Both the position numbers and the translations under genes were made by a program. From an uncultured Chloroflexia bacterium (GTDB lineage Bacteria > Chloroflexota > Chloroflexia > Thermomicrobiales > UBA6265), in NCBI GenBank assembly GCA_963724295.1, contig CAVRUC010000004.1:288001-352000 (forward strand): a DNA stretch of 64,000 nt, in the 5' to 3' direction. The first letter of the stretch is position 1. Each line of letters starts with the position of its first letter. Under the pieces are notes generated by a model. The model saw nothing but the letters and a program-made list of their open reading frames with translations, did no database searches and was not told the origin of the DNA. Positions 42,409 to 53,426 of this stretch are shown piece by piece.

Positions 42409-44744
42409 TCAGACAATGCCGCGACGCACCGCGACGGCTGCCGCCTCTGCCCGGGCGTTGACGCCGAGCTTGGCGAAGAGGTTGGCGACGTGGGTCTGCA
42501 CGGTGCGCGCGCCGATGAAGAGCGCCTCAGCGATCTCCCGATCGGAGTTCCCCTCGACCAGCAGGCGCAAGACGTCGAGTTCGCGCTGCGTCAGCCCAGA
42601 AGCCGCTGTCGCGGGGCACGGGAGGTGGCGGATCCCCGGCGGATGCGGCGAGCGAGAGGGCATCGGCGACCGCGTCAGCAAACGGGAGGGCCCGGCCCTC
42701 TTCCCAGGCAGCGACGAACACCGGCTCAGGGAGGCTGGTCCGCACCTCGGCGAGGATGCGCGCGGTGTGGGCCGCGTGGGCGAGCCGGCCGAGGCCACTG
42801 GTCTCACCTTCGGTCTCCACCGCGCCCAGCCATCGTGCCGCTCGCTCCGGCTGCCCAAGTGCCAGGGCAACGCCGGCCAGCCCCGCCACTGCCCCCAGGA
42901 AGAGGCGCTCGGAGCCGATCTCCGCCGCCACGGCGATGCTCTCGCGCGAAGAGGCGCGCGGCCAGGACCTGGTCGCCCTGCAGCCGCGCGGCGTGAGCGC
43001 GTTCGCCGAGAGTCACCGCAATGCCCAACGGGAACTCGATGCGACGGTTGAGCGAGAGGGCCTCATCGAGGAGTGGCACCGCGCCCGCCACGTCGCCGGT
43101 CATCAGTCGGGTGTCGCCCAGCTCAGCGAGCGCCAAGGCCTCCCATGTGGTCACTCCGGACTGTCGCAGCAACGACAGCGCCTCCTCATAGGGCATCGCT
43201 GCTCGCGCCGCATCTCCGAAAACGCCCATGCCATGCCCAAACCGTAGTGGGCGCGACCGAGGGCAAACGGGTCACCAAGCTCTCGGGCGAGCGCCAGGGC
43301 TTCCTCGGCATAAGCGACGGCGGTCGTCCCGTCGCCGAGGAAGCTGGTCGTCAAAGCAGCAAAGTAGAGTGCCCCCACGCGAACAGCAGCAGGAGCGTGG
43401 GGGGCGGCGCGGAGAGCCGGCTCCAGCCAGCGGCGGACTTCCGCGTGGTAGGGTCGAACGGACCAGTACCCATCGAGCGCCGGCAGCAGCCGGAGCACGT
43501 TGGTCGGCTCGCCTGCCGCGTTGAACCACGCAAGGGCGGCACGCAGGTTGTCCAGCTCGGCGTCCATGCGCGCCAGCCAGCCAGCTTGGACTCCGCCCAC
43601 TTCAGAATCGAGCCCAGCCGTCTCCACCAGTGCCAGATACCAGATTGGCGTGGCGCTCCCGGATCGCGTCTTCCTCATTGCTCGCCGCCAATTGTTCGAG
43701 CGCAAACTCCCGCACTGTCTCTAGCATGACGAAGCGTGGTTCCCCGCCCGGCCCCTCTTCCTGCCGCAGCAAGCTCTTGTCCAGGAGCGAGGCGACGCCC
43801 TCGAATGGGTCGATCTCCGGTTCACTCTGCTTCGCGCGTGACGGCCTCCGCCGCCTCCAGGGTGAAGCCCCCGGCGAAGACGGCCAGCCGCCGGAAGAGC
43901 CCCTGCTCCTGGGGCGTCAGGAGATCGTGGCTCCAGGCGATGGTGTCGCGCATCGTCTGCTGCCGTTGCTGGGACATCGCGTCCGCCTCCGGTCAGCAGC
44001 GGCAGCCGGTGGTCGAGTCGAGCCAGCAGCGATGCGGGCGGAAGGACTTTGACCCGCGCCGCGGCCAGCTCGATGGCGAGGGGGAGCCCATCCAGGCGCC
44101 GGCAGATCTCAGCAACGGCGACGGCGTTCTCCGGGGTCAGGGCGAAATCAGGCTTCACCGCCTCCGCTCGCTCGATGAAGAGCCGAACGGCGTCGGACGT
44201 GGCAATATCCGCGACGCTGTGATGCCGATCCGGTGTGGCGAGGCCGAGCGGGGCGATCGGGACCTCACGCTCCCCGGAGATGCGGAGGCGAACGCGGCTG
44301 GTGACCAGCATCGTCACGTCGGGACACGCGCCGAGAAGGTCGGCCACATCTGGAGCGGCCTCGACGATCTGCTCGAAGTTATCGAGCAGGAGCAGGAGAC
44401 GCTTGCTGCGCAGCACCGCCTTCAGTCGCTCGATCAGCGGCTCGTTGCCCGCCTCGCGCACGGCGAGCGCCTTGATGATGGCGGGAGCCAGTAGCGCTGG
44501 ATCGCTGACCGGGGCGAACGGAACGACCGTGACGCCATCGGGGAAGTCGCTCCGCCACCGCGGCTGCCGCACTCAACGCCAGCCGGGTCTTGCCGACGCC
44601 GCCGGGACCGGTCAGCGTCACCAGGGGAACGTCCTCACGGAGGAGCAAGTCGCGCAGGGCGGTCAACTCCCGCTCCCGTCCAATGAGCGGGGTGCGAGGC
44701 AGCGGCACCTGGATGGGATTGTTGAAAGCAAGCGGCGCAGTCAT
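42409..44744 (-). pseudogene. NB-ARC/AAA ATPase-TPR-LuxR transcriptional regulator broken by several frameshifts (real or sequencing error)
   Basis: [46 protein letters not shown] and GLTQRELDVLRLL..TVQTHVANLFAKLG are spread over at least four ORF pieces. Confidence 0.85.
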
Positions 44745-44809
44745 GGCAGCTCTGGCTGAGACTCGGTGTGCCATGAAGATGATAGCGCTCCCCGGACCTG
44801 CGCCCCCGG

Positions 44810-44985
44810 ACGGCTCTCTCAATTGGAGGGGCGAGGAAGCTGAAGTGGATGAAGGCGAAGGTCAGGCGCAACGATCCTTGGAGCGGCCGGTGCCGCTCAT
44901 AGTGGACTCCAAGGCAGCCGAGCAACCACGGCAGCGTGCGCTTGACCATCGGTATCGCCCCGGGCGCTCGCTCGAATTGACCGCC
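44810..44985 (-). mobile_element. Degenerate IS5-family transposase C-terminal remnant
   Basis: [38 protein letters not shown] resembles the IS5 motif VERTxAWLxxxRRLxxRYER; no complete ORF. Confidence 0.6.
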
Positions 44986-45010
44986 CGCGGGCGGCAATGC
45001 GCGCGACTGA

Positions 45011-45044
45011 TTTGAAGAGTTTGAAGGGTTTGAAGAGTTTGAAC
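45011..45044. repeat. 9-bp tandem repeat (TTTGAAGAG)x3.5
   Basis: tttgaagag tttgaaggg tttgaagag tttgaac. Confidence 0.88.
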
Positions 45045-45090
45045 TTTTTGGGGACTCGCGAGATGAAATTCTTCGACGCGGGAGCCGGAA

Positions 45091-45981
45091 TCAATCCCGA
45101 TTGTGTCCACTCCTTGCCAGCGTGGCGCGCGCCATGCGCAGCGTGGCGGCATCGACCATCTGGCCGTTCAGGGCGAACGAGCCCCGACCCGCTTGCTCGG
45201 CTTCGGCATTCGCGGCGAGGACCTCCCGCGCCCAGGTAAGCTCGGCTTCATCGGCGCTGAAGACCTCGTTGGCGATCGGGATCTGATCGGGGTGGATGCA
45301 CCACTTGCCGTCGTAACCGAGCGCCCGGGCCGCGAGGCAGGAGCGGCGGAATCCGTCGCGATCCCGAAAATCGGCGAATGGCCCGTCGATGGCGCGCACC
45401 CCGGCCGCGCGCGCCGCCACCAGGACGCGCTGCAGCGGGTAGTCCCAGCGGTGACCGGGATAGTCGGTGTCCCAGCGATCGGGCATCCCGATCGCGGCCA
45501 GTGGCATGCGGACTGACGCCGCGTAGTCTCCGGGACCGAAGACCAACGCCTCGACCCGCGGGCTCGCCGATGCGATCGCCTCGCAATGTGCCAGCCCGGC
45601 CGCGCTCTCGATCTGCGTCTCCAGTCCGATTGGGCGCTGTGCCTCAGCCGCCACTTCGAGCGATCCCAGAATCGTGGCCACCGTGTGGACGTCGTCTGGA
45701 GAGGCCACCTTTGGCATCACGATGAGGTCGACGCAACCCTCGGCGCCTTCGATCACGTCGACCAGATCGCGCACGAACCAGGGGGTATCGAGCGCGTTCA
45801 TGCGGAAGGTACGGGGCCGCCCTTGCCATTCGCCTTCGCGCAGCGCCTCGGCGACGGTTGCCCGCGCCCCGGCCTTCGCGTCCGGTGCGACGGCGTCCTC
45901 CAGATCGATCATCACCAGGTCGGCATCGCTGGCCAGCGCCTTGGCGATCATGCGCGGGTTCGATCCCGGCGTGGACAGCAC
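45091..45981 (-). CDS. CitE-like CoA ester lyase (HpcH/HpaI aldolase/citrate lyase family); true start probably near 46009 with a frameshift
   Basis: RSVLSTPGS, IDLEDAV, MPKV, QIESA, FGPGDY, IDGP and GKWCIHPDQ. Confidence 0.9.
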   Translation of the reverse strand: MLSTPGSNPRMIAKALASDADLVMIDLEDAVAPDAKAGARATVAEALREGEWQGRPRTFRMNALDTPWFVRDLVDVIEGAEGCVDLIVMPKVASPDDVHTVATILGSLEVAAEAQRPIGLETQIESAAGLAHCEAIASASPRVEALVFGPGDYAASVRMPLAAIGMPDRWDTDYPGHRWDYPLQRVLVAARAAGVRAIDGPFADFRDRDGFRRSCLAARALGYDGKWCIHPDQIPIANEVFSADEAELTWAREVLAANAEAEQAGRGSFALNGQMVDAATLRMARATLARSGHNRD

Positions 45982-46005
45982 GCTCCGCTCATGCGCGGTC
46001 GACCG

Positions 46006-47134
46006 TCACGCGCCGATCCCCTGCGCCGAGGGGGCAAACGCCGCCAGCAGCGGTGGAATCTCCCCGGTCGCCAGCGCCTCCGCGACCAGCATCGCCGTCG
46101 CCGGGGCCTTCTTTGGCGCCAGTCCGGAAGTGCCCCGCGCTGACCCAGAGCCCCTCGTAGCCAGGCACCGGACCGATCAGCGGGTCACCGGTCTCCGAGC
46201 CCGGACGAAGACCGGTCCAGTTTTCGGCAACTTCGCCCTGGAGAAGCACGGGACAAAGCGTGCGCGTCAGATCGAGCAGCCAGGCGACCCCATCGCCGGT
46301 GACGCGCCGGTCGAATCCGACGTCCTCCTCCGTGGCCGCGACCATCGTCGTCCCGTCCGGGCGGGGTCGGACGTAGCCACCATGCCCGGAGATAACGCGT
46401 ACGGGACGGAGGGGCGCATTGGCGAACGCGATGAGCTGCCCCTTGACCGGTTTGGTGGGCAAGGTGACGCCCAGAGGATCGCCGAGCAGCCGCGTCCAGG
46501 CGCCGGTCGCAAGCACGGTCGTATCGGCCTGAATGTCGCGGTCCTGCAGCCGCACGCCGGTAACCCGAGTGCCCTCCCGCAGCAGACCACCGACCGGCGT
46601 CTCCTCCAATACCGTCGCGCCCAGCTGTCGCGCGGCGGTGGCCAGGGCTTGCGTCAGCCGGTAGACCGAGAGCGAGCCGACATTGGGATGGAACCAGGCC
46701 GAGAGCAGCGATTCCGGCAGCGCCGGTTCCGCTTTTCGCGCCTCAGCGGGCGGCACGTCCTCGACGTCGAGTCCCATGCCGCGCTGCCACGTCGCGACCG
46801 CTCGCTCCGCCTCGGCATGCTCCTCGTCGACGGCGATCACCCACTCCCCCGGACGCCGGTAGTCGATGGCGAGCCCGGTCCGCTCCTCCAGCTCGGCGAC
46901 AAGCGCCGGGTAGCGCTCGAGGCTGATGCGGCCCAGCTCCACCCGCTCCGGTTTCATCCAGGGCCGGCTCGGTAAGGAGACGATACCCGCCGACGCCCAC
47001 GACGCCTCCCCCCCGATGCGGCCCCGCTCCACCAGCGTCACCGAAACCCCGCGCCGCGCCAACTCGAAAGCGATGCCGCTCCCAATCACTCCACCGCCGG
47101 CGACGACGACACTTCCCGCCCCTGGTACAGCCAC
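46006..47134 (-). CDS. Glycine oxidase ThiO-like FAD-dependent oxidoreductase; apparent frameshift near 46110
   Basis: GGGVIG, ASWASAG, PVKGQ, WTGLRP and GHFR; the expected tail APATAMLVAEAL..LLAAFAP lies in a shifted frame ending at 46006. Confidence 0.85.
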
Positions 47135-47327
47135 TCTGCTTCATCCTCTCTCAACCCGCGTCGCCGGCAGCTCCTCGTGTGGTGCGACCCGAAATCCTGG
47201 CGTATGGCGAATTGTCTGGTGTCCACTGGAAGAGGGCAAGACGATTGCCGCGGGCTGGCACGTTGCCTGCGGCATCGCGACCCGTGAGGCCGACTATTGA
47301 TCGCCAGGATAGAGCGAGGGTACATCG

Positions 47328-48380
47328 ATGGGTGCTGGACTTCGAGGCCGAGCAAGCGTGGCAGCCGCGGGCATCGCGTTTGGGATGGGTGTGGCGGCGC
47401 GGGTCGCGCCTCCCCGCAGAGCGGAAGCTGACCTCCGTGGCACGGTTGCCCTGGTTACGGGCGGCTCGCGGGGTCTTGGCCTGGCATTGGGCCGGGAATT
47501 GCACCGCGAAGGGTGCCGGCTGGCGATCTGCGCCCGGGACCAGACCGAGCTCGAAGAAGCGCGAGCCGACCTGGAGCGGAGCGGGGCTGAGGTTCTGGCT
47601 GTACCCTGCGATGTGGCCGACCCCGCCCAGGTCGCGACGATGGTCGAGACGGTCACCCGGCACTACGGGCGGATCGACATCCTCATCAACAACGCCGGCA
47701 TCATGGTGGTCGCCCCGCTCGAGTCGTTGACCCGCGCCGACTTCGAGCGGGTCATGGCCGTCAATTTCTGGGGCGTGGTCAACCCGACGTTGGAAGTACT
47801 ACCGGCGATGCGGGCGCGGGGAGCCGGGCGCATCGTCAACATTACCTCGATCGGCGGCAAGATCGCCGTGCCGCACTTGCTGCCATACACCTGCGCCAAG
47901 TTTGCCGCGGTTGGTCTTTCCGAGGGATTGCGGGCGGAGCTGGCTGATACCGGGATCAGCGTGACGACAGTCGTTCCTGGCTTGATGCGGACCGGTTCCC
48001 ATCTGCATGCCGAGTTCGGCGGGGAGCAGCAGGCCGAGTACCGCTGGTTTGCTCTCAATGCCAGCGCCCCCTACCCGATCGCGATCGGCGCCGATCGCGC
48101 GGCGCGGATCATCGTGCGCGCCGCCAAGCGGGGTCAGGCGGAATGCACCTATCCGGTTTCAGCCGTGCTCGCCGCCCGTCTCAGCGGGCTTCTCCCCAGC
48201 ACGACGACGAACGCGCTGACGTTGGTCGATCGGTTCTTGCCACAGCCGCCGCTTGGCGCGGCGGGGACGAGCCCTGGCGCGACTATTGACGCCGACCTCG
48301 ACTCGCCACTTCTTCGCGCGGCGACAGTTCTGGGTCGGGCCGCGGCCGAAGAGTACAAACAGGTCCGCCCGGCACCGTAG
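47328..48380 (+). CDS. SDR family oxidoreductase
   Basis: TGGSRGLG, NNAG and YTCAK (YxxxK). Confidence 0.93.
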   Translation: MGAGLRGRASVAAAGIAFGMGVAARVAPPRRAEADLRGTVALVTGGSRGLGLALGRELHREGCRLAICARDQTELEEARADLERSGAEVLAVPCDVADPAQVATMVETVTRHYGRIDILINNAGIMVVAPLESLTRADFERVMAVNFWGVVNPTLEVLPAMRARGAGRIVNITSIGGKIAVPHLLPYTCAKFAAVGLSEGLRAELADTGISVTTVVPGLMRTGSHLHAEFGGEQQAEYRWFALNASAPYPIAIGADRAARIIVRAAKRGQAECTYPVSAVLAARLSGLLPSTTTNALTLVDRFLPQPPLGAAGTSPGATIDADLDSPLLRAATVLGRAAAEEYKQVRPAP

Positions 48381-48558
48381 GGCGTTATCAGCTGGTTATG
48401 GCAGCGCATGACGTGTGAGTGCCCTGGCGGCATTCTCGGCTCCACCGAAACCGCCAGGTTGGGCATCGCGTTATGGTGACTGGTGCCATTTCAGCAGCAC
48501 CTACGTAGTGCTGCCCGCCTTCGCACGTTGTTGGTCGAGACTTTCGGGAGTTCGCGTC

Positions 48559-49317
48559 GTGAAACGGAAATTCGGCGAGCTGGTCGTGTTCGCCTTGCTT
48601 GCCATGCTACTCGTCGCCGTGCCGGTCGCTTCCAGCATGGCCGATACGTCGGCGGCTAGCTATCACTGGGCACGTAATCGGCCGCAGTTCACGCTGAAGG
48701 TGGGCGACAACGTCAGCGGCAACTGGGACCAAATCTTGCGCCGGGGGCTAGGCGACTGGAACAAGAACGACACCGTCACCCTGGATAAGGTCCGCGGCCA
48801 GGCAAATCCACAGGAGTGCAAACCAACCAGGGGCCGGGTCGAGGTGTGCAACTGGCGATACGGCACCCAGGACAACTGGCTCGGTATGACGAGACTCCAC
48901 TTTGACCGAAGCGGGCACATCGAAGCAGCCACGGTGCAGATGAATGACTCATTTTTCGACACCAACAGCGAATATAACAATAGCGCGGCGCGACGGCACA
49001 CCATGTGTCACGAACTGGGCCATGCGATGGGCTTAGAAGGTCATGACAATAACAAATCTTGCATGAATAATAGTCAGTATGCGGTCTTCCATTACGTGAC
49101 TCCTATCCGGAGCGACTTCCGAGAGCTCGAGCGGCTCTATAGCCACAGGGACAGGGAGACCACGGTCTCGAGCGCGTCGGTAACCAGCGAGGGACTTGTT
49201 ACCCCCGCTTCACTCCCCTCCGCACCGAGCGAAGACGCGGTCACCGAGACCGTGACAGTCCAGAAGCTCAAGGACGGGAAAACAGTCGTCACGTTCATCA
49301 CCTGGGCGAAAAACTAA
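48559..49317 (+). CDS. Secreted zinc metallopeptidase (matrixin-like)
   Basis: Signal peptide, HELGHAMGLEGH zinc motif and SCM Met-turn. Confidence 0.78.
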   Translation: MKRKFGELVVFALLAMLLVAVPVASSMADTSAASYHWARNRPQFTLKVGDNVSGNWDQILRRGLGDWNKNDTVTLDKVRGQANPQECKPTRGRVEVCNWRYGTQDNWLGMTRLHFDRSGHIEAATVQMNDSFFDTNSEYNNSAARRHTMCHELGHAMGLEGHDNNKSCMNNSQYAVFHYVTPIRSDFRELERLYSHRDRETTVSSASVTSEGLVTPASLPSAPSEDAVTETVTVQKLKDGKTVVTFITWAKN

Positions 49318-49483
49318 ACATCGCGATACAGGACACGATTTGGTCCCAGGGCTCGTGCTCGGCTGCTTGTTCGGCATGGGGAACCCGAACGGCATGAACG
49401 AGCGCACGCTGAGGCGCTCCCTCCAGAGGTGAACTCTCTCGGCGAGACATGACCGCTCGACGAGGAAGCTGCCTGCTAATCCC

Positions 49484-50908
49484 CTACGAGAACCGGGTAG
49501 CGCCGTACCAGCGAGAGCTGTAGTAATCGGAATCGAGCTCGCTGATTCTCACGCCGGTCGATTCGTTCTCGGCGTGGATGAACTGCCCATCACCGATGTA
49601 GATGCCGGTGTGGGAGAGTCCGCGGCGAAACGTGTTCTTGAAGAAGACCAGATCGCCAGGCTGCAGCTGGTTCCGCCCAACCTGGCTCCCCATCTCGTAC
49701 TGGATAGCCATGTCATGGGTAATGTCAATGCCCAGCGTGCGCTGGATCACGAACATCGTGAACCCCGAGCAGTCGAACGCCCGCGGGCCTTCCCCGGCAT
49801 AGACGTAAGGATGGCCCTCGTATCGCAGGGCGAAGTCGACGATGTCGTTGCCGCCAGCCGCGCCGCCCCCATCGCCCGCGTCGCGCTCGCGTCGTCCGCC
49901 GTCGTTACCCGGCTCCGGTGCGGCCACCGAGTCGGTTGACTCCAGCTGCGTCCACGCGATCTGAGCGGTCTGGACATAGCCGCCGGCACCGGCGCAATTG
50001 ACCGGCTGCCACTCGCCCATCGTTTCCGCGCGCACCTCGACGGGTACGCCCTCGTCGAGAACGGCAAGCGTCTCGGTGCCCCACTGCGGGGCGGCCAGAC
50101 AGTGAGCGCCATTGCCACCCGTGTTCGTAATGTAGGCCGTTGCGATCGGCTCGCCCCAGGGTTCGGTCCCGCCTGAGCCCAGAGTGCTCGGCGGCGCCGC
50201 GTCGGACGGCGCAGGCTCGACCGGGATGGCATCAGCCGGAGCCGGCGCGACGACTTGACCAGTTAGCGGGTCAATCCCCTCGCCGGCGGGTTCGATCTCA
50301 GCGACGGCAGAGGCGGGAGCCACAGCCCCGGCGGCCATCGATTCGGCCTGCGCGGGATCGACTGAGCCAGTGGAATCGGTGAGGGCCTCGTCGCTCGCTG
50401 CGTCGATTGCGGTATCGGCAACAGGAGCCTCGACCCACTCATCGGTCGGCGCAGCCGCATTCTCCGGGCCGGTAGCCGTAAGATCGGCGCCAACGGCTCC
50501 CTCGGGCGCCGGTTCGACCCATTCACCCGTGGCGGGCTCCTGCACCGCGTCCTGGGACAGCGTGACGCCGCCTTTGAGCGTAGCGACGCTCGAGACGGCA
50601 TCGATGGGAACGAAGCCGCCGTCGACCGGGTACCACAAGCTCCCGTCCGGGGCGACCTGTTCGCCATCCCAGACGGTGACGTAGGAACCATTGGCGATCT
50701 CGTAGGCAACCGCGGCGTCCCAGCCCGGGGCGGTCCGCACCGCCAGCGGCGCGCCCGCGGTGATCACCGCGCCACTCCCGGCCGGAATCCCGGATTCGGC
50801 GGCAACCCGGGCGCCGGGCAGCATGGTGGCACTCAGGCAACAGGCGATCAGCGCGGCGAGGCAGCTGCGCACCATCGTTTGGCGAAACGTCACGACCCTT
50901 CCCTCCAT
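49484..50908 (-). CDS. SH3-like domain / NlpC/P60 cell-wall hydrolase
   Basis: Signal peptide; PYVYAG..FDCSGF, PGDLVFF, HTGIY and FIHA. Confidence 0.9.
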   Translation of the reverse strand: MEGRVVTFRQTMVRSCLAALIACCLSATMLPGARVAAESGIPAGSGAVITAGAPLAVRTAPGWDAAVAYEIANGSYVTVWDGEQVAPDGSLWYPVDGGFVPIDAVSSVATLKGGVTLSQDAVQEPATGEWVEPAPEGAVGADLTATGPENAAAPTDEWVEAPVADTAIDAASDEALTDSTGSVDPAQAESMAAGAVAPASAVAEIEPAGEGIDPLTGQVVAPAPADAIPVEPAPSDAAPPSTLGSGGTEPWGEPIATAYITNTGGNGAHCLAAPQWGTETLAVLDEGVPVEVRAETMGEWQPVNCAGAGGYVQTAQIAWTQLESTDSVAAPEPGNDGGRRERDAGDGGGAAGGNDIVDFALRYEGHPYVYAGEGPRAFDCSGFTMFVIQRTLGIDITHDMAIQYEMGSQVGRNQLQPGDLVFFKNTFRRGLSHTGIYIGDGQFIHAENESTGVRISELDSDYYSSRWYGATRFS

Positions 50909-51223
50909 CGACTCCGATCACGCAGCCCCGTGACCGGCCCGCAGGTGTCGGGATGCGCAAAACCCTGGGCGCGTCCTCCTGTGTGCGGGGTCCGTCCGTG
51001 ATCGCTTTTCCCGGCAGTCCATCCCTAGTCTGCCGAGAAACAACCGATCCGGCGGTGTGGCGCCTATCCGGTCGCCAATCGCCGCGTCGCCACCGTCATA
51101 GGTCACCGGAACGCAGCAAGACACTGCGTCTCGTGACCCACCCGAGGAGATGGTCCCTGGCGCTCCGCTCTGTGGTCGCAAGGTAGTACGTTCGAGGTGA
51201 ACGGACAGACACCAACCCAGTTC

Positions 51224-51251
51224 AGTTTAGGGGGGACAGACATACTGTCAA
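51224..51251 (-). promoter_or_regulatory. Sigma70-type promoter for the NlpC/P60 gene
   Basis: TTGACA-N16-TAAACT on the minus strand; the spacer contains a homopolymer run. Confidence 0.55.
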
Positions 51252-51379
51252 GAGCCACGATGTCACAGCAACGAGGAAACCCACCCGCACGGACGACCGC
51301 AGAGCGAAATCAGGTCCGGCTGGGATCGACTGCTCCGGTTTTTCCGCGATCTCCAGTCCCGCCTACGTGGACCGGTTCG

Positions 51380-53122
51380 TCATTGCAGTTGGTGCACCGT
51401 GTGAACGGTCAGGTGTGACGCGTACTGGGCGTTGTGAAGCACGGTCTGGGTCGCGACCACCGCCGCGCTGGCAGGTTCCTCAAAGAGGGCATCGCCGGTG
51501 TTGAGATTGCGGTCCCACTGTGGGAAATCGCTGCTCCCGATAGTCACGCGCAGCCGGTTCCCAGCGGTGACGCGCACCCCGACCGGGCCGAGCGGAATGT
51601 CGTAGCAATAGACCCGGTCCGGCACCAGTAATGACGGGTCGGAAAGGCTGTCCCGGTAGCGCGCCCTGACGATCCCTTCTTGCAGATTGATCGAGCGACC
51701 GTCCGGGTAGACCTCACAAAGTCGCGCCGTCCAGTCGGTGTCGCGCGCGGAGGTCGCGGCGTACAGCGTCACCGTCACGTCCCCGATCAGCTCCACCGGC
51801 TCCGCCAGCGGCTCGCTGGTGTAGACGAGGACGCCGTTGAGCTCCTCCGCCGCGCGCTGGTCGGCTGGACCCATCGGCGCGACAAAGTTGAGGCAGCAGG
51901 AGTGACCGCCGATACTCGCCGTCGGTGCCATCGGGTCGGCGGTGAAGAGGTCTGGTGGTTCCTCGCCTGGGGCGTCCAGCGAAAGCGTACCGTCGCCGAA
52001 GCGCGAGTTCGCCCGTCCATTGGAATGGAAGAACCACCGCACCGGCTCAGATCCCGGAGGTGGCCAGTCGGGATAATCCCGCCACTCCTCGGCGCCCATG
52101 ACGAAGAGTGTCACGGGGGCATCCAGAATGCCGGTCTCTTCCCCCTTGAGGAACTGATCGAACCAGCGCAGTTGGAAATCGTCGACCATGCCCGGTCCAC
52201 AGCCTTCTTGAGTTACGCTGGTCGGAGCCAACGGCATGTGGGTCCAGGGTCCGACGACCAGCTTCTGACCGGCGCGCGCCGCGTCCGACCCGCCGGCAGT
52301 CCGCATCCCAACGAAATTCTTCACCGAGCCGGAGAGAAAGATGTCGTACCAGCCCGCGATGTGCAGCGCGGGGATGGTGAGCCGGCTGTAGTCCTCGTCG
52401 ATACTCCAGCGCCGCCAGTAGTCGTCATAGGTCGGGTGGGCCAGCCAATCGAAGAAATAGCTGCCGTACTTGCCAGTGAGGGGCGGGAACTCGGCCAGCG
52501 GCAGATACCAGTTCCATCCCTGCGAGTTGGCGTAGGCCGCCTGGAGACTCGCCATCGCCGCGTCGTCCTTAGCGCGCCGTGCCTCCATTCCCGCCATATG
52601 GACTGCCCACGACATCGCGAAGGCGAGCGCCAGGGCGCCCTGGTTGTAGGTCCACCCCTCGTAGTACTGCGATGCGGTCAGCGCCGGGCAGGCGGTAACC
52701 AGACTGGGCGGGCGCAACGTGGCGGGCATGAGCTGGGTCGCGCCGGCGTAGGAGAAGCCGTACATCCCGACGCGCCCGTTCGCCCCCGGCAGGCGAGCCG
52801 CCCACTCGATCGTGTCGTATCCGTCTTCGGCTTCATTCAGGAATGGAGTGAACTCCCCCTCCGACGCCCAGTAACCGCGGACGTCCTGGATGACCACCAT
52901 GTAGCCGCGCTGCGCGTACCACGAGGGGTGGCTGTAGTTGATGTTCTGAGCCTGCGTCTTGTCGTACGGATGGCGCATCAGGATGACCGGGAACGGTCCT
53001 TCGTCAGCCGGTCGGTAGACGTCGGCGTAGAGGGTGACGCCATCGCGCATGCGGCATGGCACATTGCGCTGGATCGTCACCTGTGGCGATCCTGGCAACG
53101 GCCGTGGACCGTCTTGTGCCAT
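51380..53122 (-). CDS. CocE/NonD family hydrolase
   Basis: MRDGVTLYADVYRP, QDVRG, GFSYAG, GWYD, GPWTH and SSDFPQWDRNLNTG. Confidence 0.95.
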   Translation of the reverse strand: MAQDGPRPLPGSPQVTIQRNVPCRMRDGVTLYADVYRPADEGPFPVILMRHPYDKTQAQNINYSHPSWYAQRGYMVVIQDVRGYWASEGEFTPFLNEAEDGYDTIEWAARLPGANGRVGMYGFSYAGATQLMPATLRPPSLVTACPALTASQYYEGWTYNQGALALAFAMSWAVHMAGMEARRAKDDAAMASLQAAYANSQGWNWYLPLAEFPPLTGKYGSYFFDWLAHPTYDDYWRRWSIDEDYSRLTIPALHIAGWYDIFLSGSVKNFVGMRTAGGSDAARAGQKLVVGPWTHMPLAPTSVTQEGCGPGMVDDFQLRWFDQFLKGEETGILDAPVTLFVMGAEEWRDYPDWPPPGSEPVRWFFHSNGRANSRFGDGTLSLDAPGEEPPDLFTADPMAPTASIGGHSCCLNFVAPMGPADQRAAEELNGVLVYTSEPLAEPVELIGDVTVTLYAATSARDTDWTARLCEVYPDGRSINLQEGIVRARYRDSLSDPSLLVPDRVYCYDIPLGPVGVRVTAGNRLRVTIGSSDFPQWDRNLNTGDALFEEPASAAVVATQTVLHNAQYASHLTVHTVHQLQ

Positions 53123-53426
53123 CGAAACCCCTTCTCGATCTGACCGGCGCCGATTCCCGGGCCGGGAGGATACGAACGACAGACGCGTGCGTCAACGCCG
53201 AACCTGTGCCAACTAGCCGGCATGATACGTTGGCCCGGCTGGTGCAAAATGGGCGATGCCATGCAATCCCGCTGTCGTGCAAGGGACGATTGATGATCGT
53301 GGCGCAACCGGAAACCGAGGTCCACGAAGTGGCCGTGCCATTCTGTCCGGATGTCCGCCTGCCGCTGATACTCACGATCAGCGACGAGGCTCCGGTTCGC
53401 TTCCCGTTCCTTCAGGTTCACCATCC

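Noticed and set aside
50909..51220. c-di-AMP (ydaO) riboswitch upstream of NlpC/P60
   Set aside because: The characteristic GCTGAATC, GGGGTGAAT and GTCAGCTAAC segments were not found; kept only as an unassigned structured leader.
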